From Octopus vulgaris (Eukaryota), in assembly GCA_951406725.2 (NCBI GenBank), contig OX597814.1, positions 1,364,001-1,428,000 on the forward strand: a DNA stretch of 64,000 bases. The letters run 5' to 3'. This document shows positions 50,649-64,000 of the stretch, piece by piece. The position numbers and the translations under genes are program-made. Position 1 is the stretch's first letter, and every line of letters starts with the position of its first letter. Below the pieces are notes generated by a model. It did no database searches, was not told the origin of the DNA, and worked only from the letters and a program-made list of their open reading frames with translations.

Positions 50649-50772
50649 AAAGATTGTTTGCCAACATAACATGGCAGTCCTGGTTTAGGACGAATGTTGC
50701 TGTAATTTACTCCCAGGAGACGATGGCTTCTGGGGCTAAATTACAGCCATGTTATGTTGGCAAACAATCTTT
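50649..50772. repeat. Compact fold-back (nested inverted repeats)
   Basis: Perfect 27-bp arms aaagattgtttgccaacataacatggc / gccatgttatgttggcaaacaatcttt, plus an inner ~21-bp imperfect stem. Confidence 0.85.
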
Positions 50773-52331
50773 ATAATTAGTTCTCGAATGTTTTTTATAG
50801 GCATGTCTTTATTTATGGCTGCGTAGTGAAGAAACTCGCTTTTCAACCACGTGGTTGGCCCGGGGCTATATTAGAAGACACTTGGCCAAGATGCTGCGCA
50901 ATGGGGTTGAACCCGAAACCATGTGGTTTCAAAGTGAACTTGTTAACCACACAGCCAAGCTTATTTCGATTTTAGGGGTTTAATTGTCTTGAGGACCTTA
51001 TGCAACGCGCAGATTATCGATTATAATCAAATATAATAGTTTTTTAATATTTGGTTTTATCCAAGGCGGCGAACTGGTAGAAACTTCAGCACCCCGGGCG
51101 AAATGCGTATCCGTATTTCGTCTGCCGTTACGTTTTGAGTTCAAATTCTGTAGAGGTCGACTTTGCCTTTCATCCTTTCGGGGTCGATTAAATAAGTACC
51201 AGTTACGCACTGGGGTCGATATAATCGACTTAATCCGTTTGCTTTTCCTTGTTTGTCCTCTCTGTGTTTAGCCCCTTGTGGGTAGTAAGGAAAGAGGTAT
51301 TTCGTCTGTCTTTACATTCTGTTTGGTTTTATCGAAGGCGGCAGACGAAATACCTATTTCTTTACTACCCTCAAGGGGCTAAACACAGAGAGGACAAACA
51401 AGGACAGACAAACGGATTAAGTCGATTATATCGACCCCAGTGCGTAACTGGTACTTATTTAAACGACCCCAAAAGGATGAAAGGCAAAGTCAACCTCGGC
51501 GGAATTTGAACTCAGAACGTAACGGCAGACGAAATACCGCTAAGCATTTCGCCCGGCGTGCTAATGGTCGTGCCAGCTCACCGCCTTTGAAGTATGTATC
51601 AATAATGTAATGTATCAATAATGACAGGTGACGGTCGTTTAGAGAATGTGCGAGCTAAGACTACGCGCCTTCACCTGTCAGTTAAGGTGAGACTGTGTCA
51701 CGTGACAACTTGCTGGGGCTACCTGCTGGAGCCTATGCGGCAGGTATTTAAAGGGAAAAATTTGACAAGTCAGTCAGTCACCGGCTGACACTCGCTGACG
51801 ATACATCGAAGAGGCCAGGGAACAGAAGAAAGAAGAAATACTCCCAACACCAGAGCTGAAGACACCCCCGAAAGTGGGGAGGGGGCGCCACGTCAAAACG
51901 GTAGAGGAGTAGGGGCCGAAACCGGACGTGGTTCCTCCTGATGATGTTTTAAGCTAACTGGATCGTATAAAGGAGCTGTGGGGGTAGCAGACCATGAAAC
52001 ACGGTTGTAATTCCGTTTATTGCTGTTTCCCGTAGCGCTATCAGAATCCTTTGAAAGAAGAAGAAAACAAAAAAGGGGGTGACCAGAGCGCAGCATTTTG
52101 TCCCCTGATCGAACCTTCAAAACAAGACAGATATTTCTGATTTCGATATCAACAGGTTGTTCAATGTTTTATATTCATACAGGTCTCTCTACAGATTTGA
52201 CTAAAAATGTCGTTATCTCATATACGTCGATGTATTCTCTTTCTGTCTTTCTTTCTGTCTTCGTCACTCTGTGTGTCTGTGTGTGTGTATGTGTATGTGT
52301 GCGCGCGTGTGCGTGTATATATATATATATA

Positions 52332-52724
<393 letters not shown>

Positions 52725-52961
52725 CGTTTTTGGATTTGCGAGTCAACGACTATTGAAAAGGTTTCAAGACGCAACGAAAATTTCAGAAAAATAAATAAGT
52801 AAATGAGTGGAAATTTTACCGGTGAGTGTGTTAAATTATAAGGCACAAAAAGAGAATGACTTTCCCCAGACACAATATATATATATATATATATAAAGAA
52901 TTCTTTGCGTAATAAGATACAAAAACCAAGGCTGTGTAGATATTAGAGCATTTATAGATAG

Positions 52962-53014
52962 GACTTACAGCTGTTTCTAGGATATTTATTAATGATATCC
53001 TTTCATCGGAGACT
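52962..53014 (-). ncRNA. Hammerhead motif, family B-like
   Basis: GUCU-CCGAUGA-A-AGGAUAU(loop)AUAUCCU-A-GAAA-CAGCUG-UA-AGUC; 7-bp stem II; same ACAGCUGU helix III as 9366-9492. Confidence 0.55.
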
Positions 53015-53777
53015 GTGTGAGAGGATGGTTAAGTCACAGTTAGTTTAGATATGTATGTATATATAAGTATGTATATATAGGTGTGACGTTATAGGCGCGG
53101 GAGTGGCTGTGTGGTAAGTAGCTTGCTTACCAACCACATGCTTCCGGGATCAGTCCCACTGCGTGGTACCTTGAGCAAGTGCCTTCTACTATAGCCACGG
53201 GTCGACCAACGCCTTGTGAGTGGATTTGGTAGATGGAAACTGAAAAGAATCCCTTCATATATACATATATATATATGTGCATGTTTGTTGTTTAAGTCTG
53301 TATTTGTCCCCCTCCCCAGCATCGCTTGACAACCGGTTTGTGTGTTTACGTGCCCGTAACATAGCGGCTCGTCAAAAAGACACCGACAGAATAAGTACTA
53401 GGCATACAAAGAATAAGTCTGAGGGTCGATTTGTTCGACTGAAGGCAGTACTCCAGCATGGCCGCAGTCAGATGACCGAAACAAATAAGAAAATAAAAGA
53501 ATAAAAGAATATTTATACATATATAAGTATATACATATATTTACATATGTAAGCATAAATATATACACACATATATACACATACACACACAAACATATAT
53601 ATATGTATATACTGTATGTGTATATAAGATTATGTATATATATACATAATTTTATATACATATATAATATATATATATATGTATGTGTATATATGTGTGT
53701 ATATATTGTGTGTATATATGTGTATATAAGATTATGTATATATATATATATATACATAATCTTATATACACATACAG

Positions 53778-53914
<137 letters not shown>

Positions 53915-53932
53915 TGTGTGCGTATATAAGAT

Positions 53933-53971
<39 letters not shown>

Positions 53972-54248
53972 ACAAGCCATTCACACGCACATATATATAT
54001 ATTTATGTGTATTGTGTGTGTGTGCGTGTGTGTGTGCTTCTATTGATGGTCTTATCAGAAAGCCAAGTAACTAAGTTATTATCTTCAGAGTGGTCTTGGA
54101 GAAATTGGTTCGTCTAACAGCAGCACCGTAGATCTGTGTATTGTTACCAGAGAGGCGTCTGGCAGTCTTTGGTGTCAACTCAGTTGAAATTGTTGGTCTA
54201 CGATAATTCCACAACAACCAACACAGCTCTGTTTGTGGTTTTGTATGC

Positions 54249-54348
<100 letters not shown>

Positions 54349-54665
54349 ACACACAAACACACAAACACACACACGCACACACACACACACACACACTCAT
54401 ATTTACATACATATACACTCACACGCATATATATATTTATGTATGCATACGTATGCGTATTTACAATTATATATACATGCAAATATACATACATACATAC
54501 ATACATATATATGTGTGTGTGTGTGTGTGAGTGTGTGTGTCATACATATATATATATGCGTGTGTATGTATATATAAAATATATTTATATGCAAGTACGT
54601 GTCGGAATGTTATCGTTGTTTGTGTATACATGTCCAAACTATATCTTACTGTGTGTATGAATATA

Positions 54666-54707
<42 letters not shown>

Positions 54708-55195
54708 CGCACTCTTATACATGCATATATACATACATATGAATGTATCTATATGTATATGTATATGTATGTATATGTATATATATATATTCATATATAT
54801 ATTTATATATATATATGAATATATATATACATTTATATAATATATATTTATAATATACACGCACATACCCATATATATATATATACACACACACATACCC
54901 ATATATATATATATATATACACACATATATATATATATGTGTGTGTATGTGTGTATATAACTATGTACATGTTTACGTACATAGTTCTATGCATATGCAG
55001 ATACTATAATATTTATGTATGTGTGTATATTGATAATGTAGGAAGAGCGAACAGAAGTTGCAGAAATTCTATGAATAATGATAATGTTGGCCAAGTTATC
55101 GATATATCAATCACAGAAAGTGATCTGTTACTCATCAATCATAACTGAGTCTGAGGTATAATCTACAGTTTTGGCACTTACCATTCCTGTAGACA

Positions 55196-55245
<50 letters not shown>

Positions 55246-56636
55246 AAACAATTGCCAACAAAACAACTTGTCTTATTCCTTGTTCTATATAGGAATTTAG
55301 GAAAATAATTTCACAGAACCCTGGTGCCATCATAATCAGTCGGTCTATCATTACAGACTCTTCTTCTTCTTCTTCTTCTTCTTCTTCTTCTTCTTCTTCT
55401 TCTTCTTCTTCTTCTTCTTCTTCTTCTTCTTCTTCTTCTTCTTCTTCTTCTTCTTCTTCTTCTTCTTCTACTTCTTCTTTTCTCTCTCTCTCTCCCTCCT
55501 CTCTTCTTTTGGCTGAATTTCTACCTCTCCCTCTCTCTACATCTGTTTCTCTGCTTCTCTCTCTCTCTCTCCCTCCCTCCCTCTCTACGCCTGTTTCTCT
55601 GTTTCTATCTCTCACTCGCCTTCTCTACGTCTGTTTCTCTCTCCCCCTCTCTACGTCTCTTTCTCTGCTTCTAACTCTGTCTCTCTCTGTCTATGACTGA
55701 CAGTCAACTGTTTTCGTTCGTCATCTCTTTCTTTATCTTCTTCTTCTCTCTCCCTAAGTTTGTCTCTGACTCCAAACTCTCTTTCTGTCAAACATCAACT
55801 TTTTCTTCCCTTTTGTCTTCTTCTCTCTCTCTCTCCCTATGGCTGTCTCTGCTTCTCAACTCTCTCTCTTGATAGCAAGTGGCTGAGTACTCCACAGACA
55901 CGCGTAACCTTAATGTAGTTCTCAGGGACACAAAATGTGACATGGCTGACCCTTTGGAATACAAATACAACTCATTTTTATCAGCTGAGTGGACTGGAAC
56001 AAAGTGAAATAAAGTGTTATGCTCAAGGACACTCGAACTCACAAGCTTACGATCGTGAGCTGAATGCCGTAACCACTAAGCCACGCGCCTTCACCCATCA
56101 CTGATATAAGTAAACAGTGATTGCAAAATCCCAGGCATGTCGTTGCCAGTGAGTACATTCTACTGACAGAGCGCAAAGATGCAGAAATACGCGTCCAACA
56201 TTCTGACAACCACCGCCAGACGATTTTGATCTGCTACGGAGATATATTTGCGTTATTCAATACAATACGTCCGTAAGAGATATCGCTGAAGGATTACTGT
56301 ACTTAATTTACCTTTTTTGCGATGTATTTGCATTAAGTATGATACGTATATAGCTATTTTAATCTAATACTATTTCAGTCGCACATGACGGATATATATA
56401 TATCATGTTTTCCTTTATATTTACCTTTCAGTTGTCACTTGTTGCAGTCATTTGACTGTGGCTATGCTGGGGCACCGCCTTGAATAATTTTAGTTGAATT
56501 AATCGGCTTCAATACTTATTTTTTAAAGCCTGGTACTTATTGCGTTGGTCTGTTTTGCCGAGCCGCTAAGTTACGGGGACGTAAGCAAATAAACATAGTT
56601 TGTCAAGCGGTGGTGAGAGACAAGCACAAAGAGAGA

Positions 56637-56676
<40 letters not shown>

Positions 56677-56858
56677 CACTCACATGCACATGCGCGCGGG
56701 CGTACACACGCACAGCCACACACATTTCAGTGTCAGTCTGCCAAATCTACCCACAAGGCTTTGGTGGGCTATAATAGAAGACACTTGCCCAAGTTGCCAC
56801 GGAATGGGACTGAACTCGGCACCATGTGGCTAGTAGGAGTAAACTCCTTACACATAGG

Positions 56859-56894
<36 letters not shown>

Positions 56895-58175
56895 GGCATA
56901 TATAGTTCCTTATTTATATATTATTAGAGTTATAGTAGTTAAAAACATATTAAGCGGTTCGGCAAAAGAGACCGATAGAATAAGTACAGGACTTACAAAG
57001 AATAAGTCCTAGGGCCGATTTGTTCGACTCAAGGTGGTGCTCCAGCATGGCCGCAGTCAAAGACTGAAAGAAATAAAAGAATAATTGTTACAACTAGTTA
57101 TAGTTATGTACATTTTAACGAAGGAAACTACTAAGTAATTAGTTCGGAGTAGTAAAAGAAACCAATGTGTTGTTTAGAAAATTCTTTAAAATCCCTTTTT
57201 AAATGCAATTTTTTTTTTTATCAAACTGTGATTTTCAAATTCTTTTTACTATTGAAGATTTCAAGTACACTATTCAATTTTAATTCACTGCATGACAAAA
57301 TCTTACTCTGCCAGTTGCCTTTCTAAACTCCTTACTCCCCTCTTTTTGTTTATCGCTTCTATTTTTCTTAGTCTTTCACTTCTACTCTTACAACTTTCCC
57401 TTGTCTATATCTCTTATCACCAATTTCTTTCCATGCAATGGTCAGTCTGCCTGTCTCTCTGTCCCTCTCGCAACCGATTGTATTCAATTGTATTCATTAA
57501 AAATACGTGATTACAAAGTCTTCTTTTCGTTTATCGCCTCTATTTCTCTTTCACTTTCTCAAGTAACTTCCCCCCCCCTTATCTTCATCGTAGCGCTTTT
57601 TGTTGTCCTACTTCTTCCAATCTCTCTTCTCATCTTGTCTCTATTTACCGCCTTTAATTCGTTGTCTTGCTCTCTCATAACTCTTCTTCTTTCATCCTTA
57701 TCCTCAGTTGTTTCTTTGTAACGCTCTCTTCTTACCACACTCTCTCTTTCAATCGTTCCTGTGCAGTTGTTTTCATTAAAAATAACTAATTACAACGATA
57801 ATTAGAGAATATTTGCGAAAATGCCTATACCATATCTAATCAAATCTTATCAAAATTACACAGAAACTTCGTACGTCAAGCTTCGTTCGGCCATATACAA
57901 ATGTGTATATTACAATATACATGAAGCGCTATCTATTTTCGTATTAGCATTTTCCAAGTTCACTCATGCACGTAGAATACTACTAGTGTATAATAATGGT
58001 TATATAAAGGTATGATATACACAGTAATTTTATACAGGGCTCTAAAATATTTTGTAAAGTTTATAACTATAGCTATCTAGAGTTTTAGTTATATATTTTA
58101 AATATTGTCATTTGTAAAAGATAATAAACATATACTTTACAAAAAAAGTATTGAATAACAGTGGCTGTTATTGTT

Positions 58176-58218
<43 letters not shown>

Positions 58219-58389
58219 TTAATAAAAGGGTTCAGCAAGGATTTGCTTCACCACAACCGAAGTTTAGAAATAGCAGCCAGAAATCTTAGCTATTTCTTCT
58301 ACTTTAAAAAGGGATTCCTAGAGAAACCAAAATACTGGAAGATAATTCACACAGACAGAGAGTAAAGCAACGAAAATCAATCAATCAAT

Positions 58390-58436
<47 letters not shown>

Positions 58437-58603
58437 AAATTAAGAGGAATGACCACTAAAGTGGACACCCTATATGCTAAATATAGACGTCAAATCACCA
58501 TTACCACGAAGAATGGGTTCACCATAAAAAAATCTCAGCTAAAACGCCAAAATGTAAAAATGAGCAAGACAAATGAAAACATACGAAAATATCGTAGGTA
58601 ATC

Positions 58604-58647
<44 letters not shown>

Positions 58648-58689
58648 GGTTGGTAAGCAAGCTACTTACCACACAGCCACTCCGACGCC

Positions 58690-60374
58690 TATGAATAATT
58701 TTATAAAAGTCAGGAAACTAACATTTATTTTGATTTATTTGAAAAAAATAGTCACCCACAACTTAAGAAATCGATCACCACTTTTGATTGAAATCATGCA
58801 AAATTTTTGTGGGGTTCATAACGCCTGCTCAAGGTTTTTACCAATCTTGGTGCGCCGAAATAGTATATCTGAAATTCCAGCTTTCGAGCTGAAGTAGTTT
58901 CGGAGTTATGGGCCTTTAAAACTATAATCACTAGGTGGCATTAGATTCACACTTCAGTATTTCTGCTGCCTAAATCCTTGTAAACGCAAGAAAGATGTGG
59001 AGTAAAAGTGTATTTATACATTTTTAAGATTACTGAATTCAGTGCTTTTTTATGAACTTGCAGGCTGCCACATAACTTCTGATAATCATGTACATTCAAC
59101 ATTTGGTCAGTAAACCAAAAATCTGCCCAGCTCTAAGAGATGAATCGACAAACATTGAGAAGCAAAACTCTTTTCTCTGGTAGAAGAATAAATGCCAAAA
59201 GAGCTAGTATTACTTGAGAATTCCATCTTCCATTACTTAAGTTGGGTATTTTTTGAAACTTTACAGTAGGAAATTTGATGATTTCTTCAAAGAAACGAAA
59301 ACTCTGCTCAAATAACATAGAAATTTCATGTCATTTCACCATCCTGCTGATTCAGTAATCTTTTCTTCACCATTGTTGAAATTAGCCTGGAGTATCTCGA
59401 AATTACTTAGAAGCTCTGGGATGAATGTATATTCAATATTGGGAGATGGCTTTTTTCTCCAAGTTCATTATCCATTACAACACAAAGAACTTTATCTAGG
59501 ATATGATGCTGACAACCAATAAACTGCAGTTCTTTCAAACCCTTTTGAGCAAACAGTCTTTGCAACTGAATGGCAATGCCATTTCTTTTCCCTGCGTTCA
59601 TACTCGTTGTATCAGCGACAATCATCTTTACGCATCTCCATAAATTGCATTCATCTTAAACAGCTGTTATTCCTTTCACAGCAGTAGCGGCTTTTCCGTT
59701 TGGTAATTGAAGTGCTTCGTTCGAAATTTCCATTGTTCTTTTTTTCCTTCCTTTGATGGTACCTCCAAGGAACAGGTAGCAACTAACAATTTGAAGATTC
59801 ATTGGTATCTTGCAGTTGTTTTCCAAAAAATGCTCTTCTAGTGGAACAGGTCTTCTTTTCCAATGTGAGTCTTGAAATTGCACGAGATTCTTCGTCCAGA
59901 TTTGTTGTTCCTTTCAGTGACACAAGCACTTCTCTAATGAGACATTCTTTTAGATACTCTAGTTGGATAAATCTACTATTCTGAAAGACAGTTAATATAG
60001 TCAGAGTTTTTAGCGTCGCAGAAATGAAAAAGAGAGTAAGAGGTTATTTCCTAAAGTAGAGCCTAAGTGGTAACAAATTAAAAACTCTAAAACTCCTAAA
60101 CTACTTAAACTTGAAAGCTGAAAATTGAGATATACTGCTTCTGCATTGCATTGGGTCGGCACACCAAGTTTGGTAAAAACTTGAGTAAGCATTATGAACT
60201 CCTCTAGAATTTTGCATGATTTGAGTCAAAAGTGATGTTAGATTCCTTCGGTTGGGGGTGAAGTTTTTTTAAAAAACCTTAAAGGTTATTTTTCCTACTT
60301 ATATGAAATTGTTCATCGACTTTTGATACAGAAAATTGTTTACTTTCAAGAAAATTAAAAAAGGCATAACCCTA
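58690..60374 (-). mobile_element. Decayed hAT-superfamily (hATm-like) DNA transposon
   Basis: Minus peptides IVADTTSMNAGKRNG…IGCQHHILD (catalytic D and CxxH) and LSNGRWNS; ~120-bp subterminal inverted repeats (58690-58806 vs 60206-60317); terminus TAGGGT at 60374. Confidence 0.7.
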
Positions 60375-60393
60375 TTTTATATACATATATATA

Positions 60394-60735
60394 CGAGGGT
60401 GAGTCAAAAAGTAATGCCATTTTGTTTAGGACAGGTATAATTACCAACACAGGAACATGTAACATACATCAAAATGAAGCTGGTCCTCTGTGTGGTTTGT
60501 GTTGTCGGCTGGTTAGAAATGATGATTGAAAATGTATTCCTTGGGCCGCGTGAAGGATCAACAGATAAACACCAACGAATAATCAACAGAAGATTTTATT
60601 ATTGCACATGGAGTTTTAACTGGCTTCAACTGGTTTTAACTGGTTTAACTTGGTTTGAAGTGCAACATGTATGGCAGAGTTACGAAGTCCAGAGCTGACG
60701 GGAGAATCAGCATGGAAGTCACGCAAGGAAACGGA
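60394..60735 (+). mobile_element. 5' end of a mariner-type element
   Basis: TA|cgagggtgagtcaaaaagt terminal motif followed by a non-coding leader; no partner TIR seen. Confidence 0.45.
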
Positions 60736-60789
60736 CTCAAGAGGAAATTACAAAATGTCATACTCGAAGATGAGTTTACAACCAATACG

Positions 60790-60811
60790 TATGCATGTAT
60801 ATATACATGTA

Positions 60812-60847
<36 letters not shown>

Positions 60848-61011
60848 TGTATGTATGTATGTATGTATGTATGTATGTATGTATGTATGTATGTATGTAT
60901 GATTGTATGTATGTATGTATGTATGTATGTATGTATGCACATGTATGTACATGTATGTATGTATGTATGTATGTATGTATGTATGTATGTATGTATGTAT
61001 GTATGTATGTA

Positions 61012-61046
<35 letters not shown>

Positions 61047-61050
61047 ATGT

Positions 61051-61090
<40 letters not shown>

Positions 61091-61735
61091 ATGTATATAT
61101 GTATGAATGTATGTATGTATGAATGTATGTATGAATGTATGTATGTATATATTTATGTATGTATATATGTATGAATGTATGTATGCATATATGTATGTAT
61201 GTATATATGTATACATGCTAGCATGCAAGCATGAATGTAGGTACATCTGCATGCATGTATGTATGCATATATGTATATATGTATGTATACATGCTTGCAT
61301 GCATGAATGTAAGTCTGCATGCATGTAGGTATGACTGTATGTATGCATGTATGTATATATGCATGCATGTATGCATTTGCATGTACATATGTATGTATGA
61401 ATGCATGCATGCATGCATAAAAGTATGTATGTGTATATGCTTACAAAGTATGTTTATGTGCATGTATATATATATGTATGTGTGTATATATATATATATA
61501 TACGTACATACATACATACATACATACATGCATATATACATACATACATATATATATATATGTGTATATATGAATATATGTATGCCTGTATGCATGTTTG
61601 CATGTACGTCTGTATGTATGAATGCATGCATGCATATATGTAAGTATGTGTATATGCTCACAAAATATGTTTATAAATATACTTATGTGTGTCAGTTTCA
61701 GTATACGAACGGTTTCTATATGCGTATTTTTATGC

Positions 61736-61824
<89 letters not shown>

Positions 61825-61903
61825 CACACACACACATATATATGTATATATGTATGTATGTATGTATGTATCTATATATATATATACACATACATATATA
61901 CAT

Positions 61904-61941
<38 letters not shown>

Positions 61942-61959
61942 TACACATACATATATACA

Positions 61960-62004
<45 letters not shown>

Positions 62005-62020
62005 CACACAACACACACAT
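60790..62020. repeat. Long compound (TATG)/(TA)/(CA) microsatellite field; similar fields at 30360-30890, 37480-38900, 39720-40800 and 53510-54960
   Basis: Read directly; these fields explain the [12 protein letters not shown] ORFs. Confidence 0.95.
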
Positions 62021-62938
62021 CGCCGTATGATACTATCACATATTGAAGAATAGTAATACAATCCGTATATCAAAATTATTATTTTTTTATCAAAATCATT
62101 ATTTTGATTGTATTATCTCATTATAATATATATCGTATCATATCATATCACATACGATTGTTATATGATAACAATCGTATCAATTACAACTCGAAAAGGA
62201 AATCATGATCACCACCCCTACCCCCGCACCCCCGAGCTAAATCGAGCGACCGCGATAAAATCAATTATGATTGAAGATAGAATTTCAAACAGTTTAATAT
62301 TCCGTGTTTGGATTTTATTGATTAGTTCTTTGTTATTGTTGTTGATGATGATGATGATGATGATGTTATCGTTGTTGTTGGTGTTGTTGTTGTTGTGGTT
62401 GATGTCATATAACCCCAGGTCAGCCGTTATCCAGTAGATCTATGATCAAAGTATCAAACTTAAAGTAAGCACTGGGGTCATTCAGCTAAAAGATCTTCAG
62501 GGTGGTGCCCCAGCATGGCCGCAGTCTAATGAGTGAAACACGCAATAGATAAAATATCAAAGATGAACGCTTTTAAACCCTATCTCATTCCTTTCTTTGT
62601 TTAGCAAGAACAACATTGACGGAGTCGGTTGAGTGGTCAATATTGACCCTTAGGGATCTATGTAGCTATTCAATGGGTCAGTAAGCACAGGAGACACTAT
62701 TTGAGCATTAAGGGTGCTGAATTGGTGGCACTCCGCCGGTTATGATGACGAGGGTTGCAGTTGATCCGATCAATATCAACGGAACGACTTGTTTGACTAA
62801 AAGTGGTGCTCCAGCATGGCCACAGTCACGTGACTGAAACAAGTAAAATAATGAAAGAATAACCGTATCAAAATGACAAAAATGTTTTTTTATTGTTTTT
62901 TTATTAACTTCGTTTAATATTTTTATTAAATTATTTTA

Positions 62939-63235
62939 CGAGCTCTAAAAAAAAAAAAAAAGTATCAGAACTGTTGCTATAAAAAGTATTCTATAACACA
63001 TACCAGTTCGGCAGTTAATCCCCTTCGAAGTCCCTTTCAAAAGCCACACACTTTATCCAGCATCGTTTCCATTGATGGAAACATTCCCGGATGTCTTTCT
63101 TTGGTGGAAACTGCGAACATCTGCCTCGTCGCATTCTCTTGGATTTCCTCAATGATTTGTTCTCTTGGAATGGGATTTGATGTTTGGAAAGATTCTTGGC
63201 CATAATAATCTTCAAGCAGTGTTTCTTTCCAAGCA

Positions 63236-63284
<49 letters not shown>

Positions 63285-63388
63285 AACCACACACAACCAC
63301 ACATACAACCACACACACACACACAACCACACACACAACCACACACACAACCACACACACAACCACACACACAACCACACACACACAA

Positions 63389-63435
<47 letters not shown>

Positions 63436-63509
63436 ACACACACACAACCACACACACAACCACACACACAACCACACACACACAACCACACACACAACCA
63501 CACACACAA

Positions 63510-63559
<50 letters not shown>

Positions 63560-63937
63560 CCACACACACACAACCACACACACAACCACACACACAACCA
63601 CACACACACAACACACACACACAACCACACACACACACACACACACACACAACCACACACACAACCACACACACAACCACACACACAACCACACACACAA
63701 CCACACATACACACATTTCCTCTGCGATGGTCACTGGTGGAGCCTCTCTGGTGTGGTGAGAAGGCCACACTCCATACACTTGGCTTCCAAGTACTGCTTG
63801 AGAGTGAGCGAGAACATAATAACTTAGTGCGCATGCGCAACAGAGTCTAAGACCAATCTGTGCCAAGCGGCTTCACTCTGCATACGTTAGCTCCGTTACC
63901 ATGACAACAGTCCCGAAACCCTTTGATCATGCCTCTT
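62939..63937 (-). mobile_element. Internally deleted mariner element expanded by a CA-rich array
   Basis: C-terminal transposase remnant KKDIRECFHQWKRCWIKCVAFERDFEGD*; degenerate TIRs tacgag…aagtatcagaactgttg / caacagtcccgaaaccctttgatcatgcctctta. Confidence 0.7.
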
Positions 63938-64000
63938 AAATATTTCTTTAAAAAAAAAACGGTAATGACACACACACACACACACACACAAACACTCACT

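Noticed and set aside
54090-54240. Short unique stretch with possible acceptors on both strands
   Set aside because: No frame combined a convincing donor with a recognisable peptide.

Overview
Repeat-dominated eukaryotic genomic DNA. The SINE, microsatellite and LINE content suggests a coleoid cephalopod, most likely Octopus (inference). One complete protein-coding gene can be assembled by hand: an 8-exon, 408-aa RPUSD3-like mitochondrial pseudouridine synthase homologue (+, 2111-21188). Its RluA catalytic HRLD motif is replaced by HSIK, so it looks like a pseudoenzyme. A terminal exon of an unidentified upstream gene lies at 77-249. The rest is a layered record of mobile DNA: tRNA-headed SINEs; RTE, CR1 and Tx1-type LINE pieces; a Penelope GIY-YIG fragment; mariner, Tc1, hAT and piggyBac-like elements; MITEs; and long microsatellites that produce most of the spurious ORFs. 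The main structure the ORF track does not show is a set of at least four distinct minimal type-I hammerhead-ribozyme motifs, several in Penelope/retrozyme-style inverted or partial-tandem repeats. There are also two Tx1-like LINEs stacked head-to-tail through a (TATC)n tract, and a pair of oppositely oriented fold-back MITEs in RPUSD3 intron 1. Exon coordinates were read to the base; repeat boundaries are approximate. No database searches were run.
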